The position numbers and the translations under genes were made by a program. Under the pieces are notes generated by a model. It made no database searches. It had not been told where the DNA came from and saw nothing but the letters and a program-made list of their open reading frames with translations. Of a stretch of DNA of 64,000 nt, positions 9,839 to 18,217 are shown piece after piece. The stretch is taken from IMG/VR virus record IMGVR_UViG_3300042894_003697, one strand, 5' to 3'. How positions within the stretch are numbered: the first letter of the stretch is position 1; every line of letters starts with the position of its first letter. This stretch comes from an uncultured virus (IMG/VR IMGVR_UViG_3300042894_003697). Lineage: Duplodnaviria > Heunggongvirae > Uroviricota > Caudoviricetes.

Positions 9839-10974
9839 CATATTCAGTATACCAACACTGGGACCCATTGAAAGTCTGTGTAGTAGGACGCAGCTATGCA
9901 CCTGAATTTTATTCTTGGATCACAGTGCCTCATGTGAGAACATTATTTGAAAAAATTGCTATCGAGACTGAGGAAGATTATCAAGCCATTATAAAAAAAC
10001 TACAAGAGTTTGGTGTAGAAGTACTGAGACCTAATTTGCCAACAGATGCGTTTGCAAACGGAAAATATGTCCCACCACCGATGTGTCCGAGAGATTATAT
10101 GGTGATGACTGGCGACAAATTTTACGAAAACTATAGTTTTGCTTTTAAAAAATCATACCAGAATGTCAAAGACTTGTCCTGGCCAGACTGTAGTTCAATG
10201 GAAGAGTTCGTATTGTTACCCAACAGTATACAACAAGAATGCAACATTAACCATTGGTTCAACGAATACCAAAAAATTTATTCCACATGTGATCATATTT
10301 TTGATCACATACGCCAACAAGGAAATACAATTAAGTCACACCATTATGACACAGACTTGTTAAACGGAGCACAAATATCACGCATTGGCAAAGATTTGTA
10401 TTTTGGAACAAACTCTTATGATCAAGACACAACCAATTATAAAAAATTTATTGACCAAGAATTTTTAAACACCAGAAATCACATTGTCAACACCGGCGGA
10501 CATGGTGATGGAACCTACTGTCCTGTATGCCCTGGATTAATCATAAGTCTTTATGATGTGCCCACTTACGCAAACACCTTCCCAGGATGGGAAGTAGTGT
10601 ATCTTCCTGGGCAGAGTTGGAACAAAGTACAACCATTTTTAAATCTTAAACGTAAAAACAAAGGCAAGTGGTGGATACCAGGTTTTGAACATGACCAAGA
10701 TGTAATTAATATTATTGAAAAATGGTTAGGACATTGGACTGGATATGTTGAAGAAACAGTGTTTGATGTCAACATGTTGATCATTGACCCTAAAAATGTT
10801 ATGGTGTTTAACTACAACAAACAAGTATTTGATGCATTGGATCGATATGGTATTACTCCGCATGTAGTTCCGTTTAGACACAGATATTTCTGGGATGGAG
10901 GAATACATTGTGTAACCAGTGATCTTCATAGAGAAGGTGTGATGCAAGATTACTTTCCAGGAAGGAATCAATGA
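9835..10974 (+). CDS. Amidinotransferase (glycine/inosamine-phosphate amidinotransferase, pentein fold)
   Basis: WDPLKVCVVG, GVEVLRP, CPRD, GHGDG (H-x-D), FDVNML and the catalytic Cys in GGIHCVT. Confidence 0.88.
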   Translation: MTYSVYQHWDPLKVCVVGRSYAPEFYSWITVPHVRTLFEKIAIETEEDYQAIIKKLQEFGVEVLRPNLPTDAFANGKYVPPPMCPRDYMVMTGDKFYENYSFAFKKSYQNVKDLSWPDCSSMEEFVLLPNSIQQECNINHWFNEYQKIYSTCDHIFDHIRQQGNTIKSHHYDTDLLNGAQISRIGKDLYFGTNSYDQDTTNYKKFIDQEFLNTRNHIVNTGGHGDGTYCPVCPGLIISLYDVPTYANTFPGWEVVYLPGQSWNKVQPFLNLKRKNKGKWWIPGFEHDQDVINIIEKWLGHWTGYVEETVFDVNMLIIDPKNVMVFNYNKQVFDALDRYGITPHVVPFRHRYFWDGGIHCVTSDLHREGVMQDYFPGRNQ

Positions 10975-11414
10975 CATATCAATTTGCCAGAATTGACCTC
11001 AGTAAAACTGAATATACACCTAGTGTACACTGGGAATATATCCAAGATCGCAGTGAAGATACATTAAAAAAATTAGATGATATCTACAGGACCTACACTA
11101 TTTACAAACACTTTGCTAGTGTAATGCCTATGTTTCACAGTAGATATTTGGATCCAATGGCAGATGTCATTGGCTACTACGATAACAACAAACTTGTGGC
11201 ATGGAGTTTGATCCGGCGTTTTGATAACCATAATGCCCTGTGCGATCAATTTGCATGGACATATCATCAACCTCGTTCAAGATTAGGAATTGAAACGATG
11301 AAAACAGAATGTGCTATCTACAAGGAGCGAGGATTTAAATACCTGTATCTTGAACAAGCACATCTGTACAAATCTGAAATTGATGGATTTGAAATAATAG
11401 GACCACTGGAGTAA
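10971..11414 (+). CDS. Aminoacyl-tRNA-protein transferase C-terminal-like (ATE1/Bpt, GNAT fold) protein
   Basis: YYDNNKLVAWS...FAW...SRLGIETMKTECAIYKERGFKYLYL...YK matches the ATE_C pattern (kLvA...slG...ei...g..ylYL...YK). Confidence 0.6.
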   Translation: MTYQFARIDLSKTEYTPSVHWEYIQDRSEDTLKKLDDIYRTYTIYKHFASVMPMFHSRYLDPMADVIGYYDNNKLVAWSLIRRFDNHNALCDQFAWTYHQPRSRLGIETMKTECAIYKERGFKYLYLEQAHLYKSEIDGFEIIGPLE

Positions 11415-11416
11415 CA

Positions 11417-11752
11417 ATGGATTTATACACAATTTGGGCAGACAAAGAGGGCGATATTTCTGACCTTGACTGGGTCAACGGAATGAAAAGTTTTTTTGAT
11501 CATTTGATTGCTGAAGGCCGAATGGAAAGCTATAGAATCACAAGATGCAAAATGGGATTCCGCAGCATTGCTAACATGCCCGAATGGATGATCATCATGG
11601 AATTTAAAGACATGGCTCAGATGGACATGGCATTCAAACGAGTAGCACCGCTCGAAGGCGAACTCGAAGAGAAACACAAATCGTTTAATCAATTTGTCAG
11701 TGGCAACATACAGCATGCGCTCTTCAGAGACTGGCCTGATCAAAATCTATGA
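11417..11752 (+). CDS. Small dimeric alpha/beta-barrel-like hypothetical protein
   Basis: 111 aa; GGAG SD; pattern YRITR.K.GF...EWMIIMEFKDMAQMD.AF is typical of ABM-like barrels (fold inferred). Confidence 0.5.
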   Translation: MDLYTIWADKEGDISDLDWVNGMKSFFDHLIAEGRMESYRITRCKMGFRSIANMPEWMIIMEFKDMAQMDMAFKRVAPLEGELEEKHKSFNQFVSGNIQHALFRDWPDQNL

Positions 11753-12534
11753 AATACACACTTTTTGCAGGTTGTTCATACACAGCCGGCGACGGATTTG
11801 AATTGAAAAAAACTGAACCGTCTTTGTGGGTTAATCAGGTATATCATAAATGTTTTTCGCACACTACCCAACTTAACGTGAGTCGAGGTGGCCGATCCAA
11901 TGCAGGTATTTTTCAAGACACAGTAAAAGTATTATTAACGTATCCGGTTGAATATGCCATAGTCGAATGGACCAGTATGCCGCGCTATGAGTTAGAATTA
12001 GGTTTTGAAACTTACACTACCAGACAATGTTTTATGCCAAATCTCAAATGCCATACCCATAACTTAAATGATATAAACTACACCAGTGCTTATTTGACTT
12101 CAATTTGCGAGAGGTTTACATCACTGGCACACGATTACTACGAAATATCAAATCTTATTGAGTATGTTAATACAATTGTTAATCTTGCACAATTAACAAA
12201 AACCAAAGTCTTTTTTATCAATGGATTGTGTCCTTGGGACAACAATTTTTTTATTAAAAAAGAATCTGTGCTTCCATCTGAATATACCACGTATACTCAA
12301 AAACTATTAAACACCAACAGTCGAGATGATACCGAAGTGTTTCAGTTATACAATACCATGCATGATAATTTTATTAATTTGGGTGGCATACACGAACTAC
12401 TATGGTTAAATTTATATAATTCGATGCTATCAAGCAAAATAGATGTAAACGATGATCTTGCTCATCCTGGCATTAACTCTAATAATCTTTATTTTGATTT
12501 ATTTTCTAAGCTATTAACCAAACAACTACTTTAA
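11749..12534 (+). CDS. SGNH/GDSL-like hydrolase or acyltransferase
   Basis: Block I-like AGCSYTAG, NVSRGGRSN, C-terminal DLAHP (D-x-x-H). Confidence 0.6.
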   Translation: MKYTLFAGCSYTAGDGFELKKTEPSLWVNQVYHKCFSHTTQLNVSRGGRSNAGIFQDTVKVLLTYPVEYAIVEWTSMPRYELELGFETYTTRQCFMPNLKCHTHNLNDINYTSAYLTSICERFTSLAHDYYEISNLIEYVNTIVNLAQLTKTKVFFINGLCPWDNNFFIKKESVLPSEYTTYTQKLLNTNSRDDTEVFQLYNTMHDNFINLGGIHELLWLNLYNSMLSSKIDVNDDLAHPGINSNNLYFDLFSKLLTKQLL

Positions 12535-12580
12535 GAACTTTGCGCTGCAAAGTTCTATTGATTTCACTTCGTTCATCAAT
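12534..12580. terminator. Two adjacent hairpins at the convergent junction (terminator or RNA 3' end)
   Basis: AGAACTTTGC-GCT-GCAAAGTTCT (10-bp perfect stem, 12534-12556) and ATTGAT...ATCAAT (12557-12580), followed by a T-rich run on the plus strand. Confidence 0.5.
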
Positions 12581-12939
12581 TTTGTTTTTCTTTAGTATTA
12601 TCTAGATTAACTGGTCACAATTCACCGTATGCACGGTGAACATGAAAAAGCATTATCTGAGTAGCCCAGTCATCTATCATAATGAGATTGCAGTTTCCTG
12701 CGCGGAGGCGGTTGACCGGTACCCCCTACTCAAGTTTCACATATCAACGGAACCCTAGTAACCCGACGATAAATCCAAGTTCTATGAGCACGGGTTGTAT
12801 CTTTTTCATCAGAGCCCGAACCATTTGTTGCCTTAAGTTAGCAATTGCCTTTGACACCCAAAGTTCTAGACCGGGTATTGCACCGTTCCTCGATGGGGCT
12901 GGACCAACCATCCAGCACAGAGTCAGTAAAGCTGCCTAT
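12534..12939 (-). ncRNA. Candidate large structured non-coding RNA of unknown class
   Basis: The only large gap between credible genes in the window; about 48% G+C by hand count over 12661-12900. Many stems, a GAAA tetraloop, and crossing long-range helices whose G-U pairs favour the minus strand. Confidence 0.65.
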
Positions 12940-13368
12940 CTAAATTTTATTTTTTATGTGACTACCATGTATGCGGCACACAATCTGTCCGTTGTAGTAG
13001 TCGTCTGATTCTAATACTCTATGATTGAATTGTTCTCTAGCTTCTACATAACTGCATTCTGCTTTTGATTTACAATAAAATAATATTTCTCTTGTGAAGT
13101 TGTCGGCGCCTTGCGCTAGAATGTCTTTGTTGAGTTGGTCGTTTGATCCATAATATAGTTGCCAGTCTGAGTCAATCTTGCTTCGAATTCGTTTTTTCTT
13201 TTTGTTGCCGTTCTTTAATTTTACTACTTTGTATGAGGTTTTACTAAATTTTGCTAATTTTTTGCCTATGTACTTGCGACCAGAAAGATTATTTGTAATC
13301 AAGTAAACAAACCCTACACAATCTTCTGGTAAAGTCTCAATTGGAGCATTTTGATATAGCCAGATCAT
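12940..13368 (-). CDS. Small stand-alone GIY-YIG nuclease-family protein
   Basis: GFVYLITN...RKYIGKK, YYGS, FTREIL, conserved Glu (YVEARE), YYN; Lys-rich insert; no appended DNA-binding domain. Confidence 0.85.
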   Translation of the reverse strand: MIWLYQNAPIETLPEDCVGFVYLITNNLSGRKYIGKKLAKFSKTSYKVVKLKNGNKKKKRIRSKIDSDWQLYYGSNDQLNKDILAQGADNFTREILFYCKSKAECSYVEAREQFNHRVLESDDYYNGQIVCRIHGSHIKNKI

Positions 13369-13428
13369 GTGTTGTGTGCGGGTTATCCTTGCTCTATAGT
13401 TATGCCTTGTTGTTGCCTGTTTGTGATT

Positions 13429-14274
13429 TTATGTTAGTTCTATTTCTCGTTGCCATTGTTGATCAAATGCTGTGCCCATACTGGTTTGCCCACACACTGC
13501 GGAACAGATAGGGTCCTGTGTAGGAATAGCATCAATATCTGTAATAAAGTCCTGTTGTCTTGTGCCTAACCAACAACAGGGTACCAAGTTGCCTTTTGCA
13601 TCAATAAATGCACTTTTTTCTCTAAGGGCGTAGCAATTTATTGCAGTTGATTGTGTTTGAATTGGTTGCCATCCAGTTGGGAATTGCAACGTTTCTGTAA
13701 ATGGACGTTTTGAAACTTTGGCACGAAACCAGCTGAACCCCATGTCTCTAGCCATTTGTTCGCATTTGTCGACCTGGTGTTGATTGTGTCTATACACCAA
13801 CATATCCCAGTGTGCAGAGCCGCCGGCCGAAACAAATGATTCAACGTTGGCCATTAGTTTATCCCAGTTTACATTTTTACGATATACGCCATTAGTGTCT
13901 GCCAGCCCGTCAATACTGAACACCACATAATCTTGCGGCTGAGTCATGAGTTGGGCTAGGCCGTGCCACCAGAATGTGCTTTGTATAGCGCCATTGGTAT
14001 TCATACCCAGTGTAATGTTGTTGTTGATAGACCTGAACCTATTGAATATGTCCAGCGTGTGTTTACCAGCAGCCGGATCTCCGTAGTTGCCGCACATAAA
14101 CATTTTGTCTAATTGGCGTATTTTATCTTCATTGATCACATTGAGAATTTGACTCATAGAAAGATGATGCTGACGATCTTTTCTAAAGTTTGTGTCAGTT
14201 TCTCTAGCACACAACGGGCATGCGGCCTGGCATACGTCCGTGGGTTCGAGATGTAGAACTTTTAAGTCACGCAA
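13429..14274 (-). CDS. Radical SAM protein with SPASM/twitch-like C-terminus
   Basis: CQAACPLC (CxxxCxxC), GNYGDP, NTNG, FSIDG, C-terminal C...IDAKGNLVPCC. Start is probably TTG 14274 or 14280, overlapping the gp46 stop. Confidence 0.85.
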   Translation of the reverse strand: MRDLKVLHLEPTDVCQAACPLCARETDTNFRKDRQHHLSMSQILNVINEDKIRQLDKMFMCGNYGDPAAGKHTLDIFNRFRSINNNITLGMNTNGAIQSTFWWHGLAQLMTQPQDYVVFSIDGLADTNGVYRKNVNWDKLMANVESFVSAGGSAHWDMLVYRHNQHQVDKCEQMARDMGFSWFRAKVSKRPFTETLQFPTGWQPIQTQSTAINCYALREKSAFIDAKGNLVPCCWLGTRQQDFITDIDAIPTQDPICSAVCGQTSMGTAFDQQWQREIELT

Positions 14275-16030
14275 GATCAATGTCCGTGTTGTAGCTAGTA
14301 AAGCCGTTTTCTTTGATAACTTTGAGAATGTTCTCCACACGTCCGGCCAGTTCATCGCGATGTGAAACAAGCCAGATTGACTTGTGGCGTTCACGACTCA
14401 TTTTCTTCAGCAAAGCCAGTGCATTCTCTACACCTTGTGTGTCTAAACCGCTGTCGATCATTTCATCAACAAACAACAAATTGATAGGCTGGTATAAACT
14501 TTCCCAGACATCACGGAATGCCCAGCTCATACTCAATATCAATCTGTTGCGTTCGCCACGCGATAAATTATCAAAATCTAATTCACGCCCTAGTTCTTCA
14601 ATGCTGACTGTTAAATCGTTTTGGAATAACACTGTGTGCGGTAATCCAATACGATCTAGATAGTGTGTGAGCCTTATATTAAGATAACTTAAATTTTGCT
14701 CAATGATTTTTTTGCGAATAAAACTGTCTTTGCTGGTCAATAGTTTAAGCAAGAAATCTTGATGCTCTTGCAATCTTGTGAGTTCATTGAGTGTTTCATA
14801 ATCAACTGTTTGCAGTGCCTGTCCTTGCATATCTTCAATTTGCTCACCGTATGGATCTACTTCTGCTGACTTGTCTGCAATTTGTTTTTGTAGATTTTCT
14901 AGTGTGGCACGGTGCTGAATGGCATCCTCTTCTTTGTCATAGAACATTTTAGGAGGCTTGCCTAACACACCTAATCCTTTGTGTGTGGCTTCCAGCTGCA
15001 TGAGATCATGTGTGTACATTTCGGCATTGGCATGAGCTGTGGCCAGATCTTGTTGTTTACTGGCCAGTACTTCTTCATGTTTTTCGTCATGCAGATCTTG
15101 CCCGCAGGCATGACAAGTATGTTTTTCCAATGCAGCTACGTCTTTGACTATCTTGGCAATTGTTTTTTCTTCTCGACCTAAATCAAGTTTAATTCGACTG
15201 ATAGAGCCGGCTAGGTCATTGATATCTTTGCGTTTTTGATCCCAAAGTTTGTGATCCTTGTGCGCTTGTATTTCAACATCAATATCAATTTCTTTTAACG
15301 CAGTTAGTGCGTTGGTAAGATTGTTAATATCTTCTGTGTGTTTGTTAGACCATAAAGTCTGGCGGCGTTTTATGGCTTCAATTTGTTCTTCGATTCTTTT
15401 GTTAGCTTCGGTAACTGCACGAATTCTAAATTCTTCTTGAGTTATTGCATCTTTAGTTTCTCGATTAAGTTCTTTAATCCTGTCAGCTCGCTCGCTGAGC
15501 ATGGTAATGCCTAACAACTGTTCAATGATGGTGCGCTGGTCGTTGGCCTTTAGACTCAGGAACGGTTCTGTGTAAGTGTTAAGTGCCAGGATATGTTTGA
15601 ACATATCGTGACTTAGACCTAGAGTTTGTTCAATGGCATCCTGTGTTTCTCTGCTGTCGCCCTGTGCTTCGTCAGTGACCATTTGCTCTTGATTGTTCAC
15701 AAAGAATCTTAACACATTGGGTTTGCGACCTCGTTCAATTTTATAATCTCGGCCATTGCAAACAAAGTCTAAACTGACCAACATGTTCTTCCCATTGGTT
15801 TTGTTTACTAAATTATCTTTGCGAATGTTTGAAAGAGCATTGCCATACAATGCATAACTTAAAGCATTGATGATAGTGGTCTTACCTGTGCCGTTACGGC
15901 TTCCATCTCCGCCTAGATCTAGATTTTCGCCTAGCACCAGTGTGAGATCACTACGATCAAAGTCAATGGCCTGTGTGGCATTGCCCACACTCATGAAATT
16001 TCGGACAGTAAGATTTTTAATGTGTATCAA
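14267..16030 (-). CDS. gp46: Recombination endonuclease ATPase subunit (gp46, SbcC/Rad50 family)
   Basis: Walker A NGTGKTT, zinc hook CHACG, signature LSRGE, Walker B LLFVDE, H-loop VSH. Confidence 0.95.
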   Translation of the reverse strand: MIHIKNLTVRNFMSVGNATQAIDFDRSDLTLVLGENLDLGGDGSRNGTGKTTIINALSYALYGNALSNIRKDNLVNKTNGKNMLVSLDFVCNGRDYKIERGRKPNVLRFFVNNQEQMVTDEAQGDSRETQDAIEQTLGLSHDMFKHILALNTYTEPFLSLKANDQRTIIEQLLGITMLSERADRIKELNRETKDAITQEEFRIRAVTEANKRIEEQIEAIKRRQTLWSNKHTEDINNLTNALTALKEIDIDVEIQAHKDHKLWDQKRKDINDLAGSISRIKLDLGREEKTIAKIVKDVAALEKHTCHACGQDLHDEKHEEVLASKQQDLATAHANAEMYTHDLMQLEATHKGLGVLGKPPKMFYDKEEDAIQHRATLENLQKQIADKSAEVDPYGEQIEDMQGQALQTVDYETLNELTRLQEHQDFLLKLLTSKDSFIRKKIIEQNLSYLNIRLTHYLDRIGLPHTVLFQNDLTVSIEELGRELDFDNLSRGERNRLILSMSWAFRDVWESLYQPINLLFVDEMIDSGLDTQGVENALALLKKMSRERHKSIWLVSHRDELAGRVENILKVIKENGFTSYNTDIDLA

Positions 16031-17169
16031 ATGGTGTCTAGCCTATGGTTTAAAATAGTATTTGAAAATTCTTGAACATAAAACCTGTGGTTAAATTCAA
16101 CTGTATCCTGTACACTATACATTAAATCTTTCAACTGGTCAATTGATAGTGCGCCAATTTCCTTGACAATTTTTATCACTGCTCGTATGCGATGGTTCGG
16201 ATCTTGAATTAAATCATAGTCTTCGTTCCATAGATGATCAAAAGTTTTAAATCCTAATTTTTTTATTTGAGCTAAAGATCCAGGTGCACCTAAAATTACA
16301 AAAGGTCTTTTATACAAGATTGCTCGAAATGTTTTTTCTGTTAGATACGGATACGGGTATTGTAATACAGTCTCAACCGACACGTATAAAAATGCCTGCT
16401 GAACCGACGGAATATCCCACCGATTTATATTTGGTGCACCGGTGATTGTTGTATCTTTCCAATTGTTGGAAAAAAACCAATGGTGTCGATTAAAAACGTC
16501 TTGCCCAGCAACATCTATGCCAAATCGATCATTAATGTTAGTAAACGGAGTCGTTGTTACAAATATCAAATCAGTTGGCAGGTTTGTAGTGTCGCTGCTA
16601 ATCTTTGTTGTGTTTGAAAGTGTGGCCAGGGCGGAATTAAAATGCCAGGACAGAATACCACAGTCTAGCAACTGGTGTTCTCGAAGATAGCACAAAAACA
16701 TGACCCGATGCAATCGTTTGGCACCATTTAAACAGATGTAGGATTTAACAATTTTGTCAACATTGATATCAATTGATTGAGGATTTGGATCAGTTTGTTT
16801 CAGTAAATAGTTATTTTCAAATATTTGCATGCCAAACTCGTCGGTTACTCCTTGATTTATTTCGCTTGAAATACCATAGTGATTGGTCAGCAACAGGCAA
16901 AAGCACACAGATATGTCCAAATGATTTAAACAGGTCATGAGATTGCTGATAATAAATCCATCTCCGCTGCTTCCATAGTAAAAGTCTGTGTCATAATGAT
17001 AAATTAAAATTCGATCATTTGGATCATAATGATCTTTATATGCCAAAGACAAACTCTGGTACAATCGGCCAGGATCATTTGCTAAATTATGTAAATTAAT
17101 TTCGGCTATAATGTTATATTTTGCTTGTAGCCTAGCATAAACCATTGGCCATAGAGGATATGTCAGCAT
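16027..17169 (-). CDS. Putative glycosyltransferase (GT10/GT-B-like), paralogue 1
   Basis: CLNGAKRLHR and VSVET...YLTEKTFRAILYKRPFVILG...LGFKTF...EDYD; resembles the ENS...YVTEK motif of GT10. Confidence 0.55.
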   Translation of the reverse strand: MLTYPLWPMVYARLQAKYNIIAEINLHNLANDPGRLYQSLSLAYKDHYDPNDRILIYHYDTDFYYGSSGDGFIISNLMTCLNHLDISVCFCLLLTNHYGISSEINQGVTDEFGMQIFENNYLLKQTDPNPQSIDINVDKIVKSYICLNGAKRLHRVMFLCYLREHQLLDCGILSWHFNSALATLSNTTKISSDTTNLPTDLIFVTTTPFTNINDRFGIDVAGQDVFNRHHWFFSNNWKDTTITGAPNINRWDIPSVQQAFLYVSVETVLQYPYPYLTEKTFRAILYKRPFVILGAPGSLAQIKKLGFKTFDHLWNEDYDLIQDPNHRIRAVIKIVKEIGALSIDQLKDLMYSVQDTVEFNHRFYVQEFSNTILNHRLDTI

Positions 17170-17196
17170 AGTAGCTTTGATTTTTTTAATGGCATT

Positions 17197-18210
17197 TCAT
17201 AAATTCTGATAGATTTGCAGCAATAACTTTGAATCAAAGAATTCAGATTCAATATTGGTCAGTTGGTCTGTGACAATTTGATCTACACTTTCAAATTTGA
17301 TTTCGCCAGGCGACATGTCTGTGTCTACTGCTGAATTCTTAACAGGAATCAGTGCCATTTCACGCAGATTATAATCCTTGACAAACGTATCTTTGATAAA
17401 GTTTGCTTCCTCGTAGCTGATGTCAATGTCTAATTCTACACGAATATGCATATTTGGTGCTAGCAGTGTCGGGGCACTGTCGATTACTTGACTAAGTTTG
17501 AGCACACGATATAATGGTTGTCCTGGCCAAGCATGATATTCCGGCTCATCTCCCCAGTTCAATATCATCATTCCGCGATCTGCATCTCCGGCATCTGCAT
17601 AATTATGAGGAAAGCAATTGCCAATGTAATGTATATTTTTACGTTGTTGTCTAAGATGAAAGTGCCCACTAAAGACTCGATCTACACCACCAAAATCTTC
17701 TGCCGATATTTCTCCATGGTCTGGCATCTCTACCATGGCATTCATTTTGAAATGTGGCAGTTCAAAATGTCCAAACACATATTTGGATGTTAATTTGGGC
17801 ACACGCTTGTGATCATCTCCAACTAGCCAAGGAGCAATAGTTACATCACCATCAGTGAACCAGTCGTTTACAATTTGAATGTTGGGCAGGTGTCGAGCCC
17901 ATTCAGTGCTGTAGATATCACGTCGGTCACGATAGTACAAGTCATGATTGCCAGGAATAAAATAAAAGCGATCAAATGCCGCCGAAAGCTTTTCTAAACT
18001 ACGCAAACTGTATTGCAAGGTCTGCATGTTTATGCTGGCACGATGATGACTCCAATCACCCAGGAACATGCCAGTCTCACAACCATTTTTTTTGGCAGTG
18101 GCAATAAACCAATCAACAAAATTGCTGCAGTCTTGATTGTGAACAAGACTGTTTGATTTCAGCCCAAAATGTATATCTGTGCAAACTGCAACTTTTTTAA
18201 ATAGACTCAT
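17197..18210 (-). CDS. gp47: Recombination endonuclease nuclease subunit (gp47, SbcD/Mre11 family)
   Basis: Metallophosphoesterase motifs TDIHFG, LGD, GNHD, GHFE, SGHFH. Confidence 0.95.
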   Translation of the reverse strand: MSLFKKVAVCTDIHFGLKSNSLVHNQDCSNFVDWFIATAKKNGCETGMFLGDWSHHRASINMQTLQYSLRSLEKLSAAFDRFYFIPGNHDLYYRDRRDIYSTEWARHLPNIQIVNDWFTDGDVTIAPWLVGDDHKRVPKLTSKYVFGHFELPHFKMNAMVEMPDHGEISAEDFGGVDRVFSGHFHLRQQRKNIHYIGNCFPHNYADAGDADRGMMILNWGDEPEYHAWPGQPLYRVLKLSQVIDSAPTLLAPNMHIRVELDIDISYEEANFIKDTFVKDYNLREMALIPVKNSAVDTDMSPGEIKFESVDQIVTDQLTNIESEFFDSKLLLQIYQNL

Positions 18211-18217
18211 TGAGTAA

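Noticed and set aside
12600..12939. tmRNA, RNase P RNA, hammerhead or group II domain V identity for the RNA
   Set aside because: Only fragments match (GAGGAA, CUGAUGA, CCGUAUGC). The tRNA-like ends, the RNase P P4 partner, the hammerhead GAAA core with stems and the domain V geometry are missing.
12682..13008. 108-codon plus-strand ORF across the non-coding region
   Set aside because: No SD, no recognisable motifs, overlaps the GIY-YIG gene antisense; the minus-strand RNA structure explains the sequence better.
12534..13368. Group I intron carrying a GIY-YIG homing endonuclease
   Set aside because: No interrupted host gene: the flanking genes look complete and converge. I could not find P7-type R/S consensus elements.
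14275..14394. N-terminal extensions in the ORF track (also 19121-19162, 19188-19229, 46067-46141, 58838-58936)
   Set aside because: They overlap neighbouring genes or promoters; downstream starts with SDs, promoters or stop-start coupling fit better.
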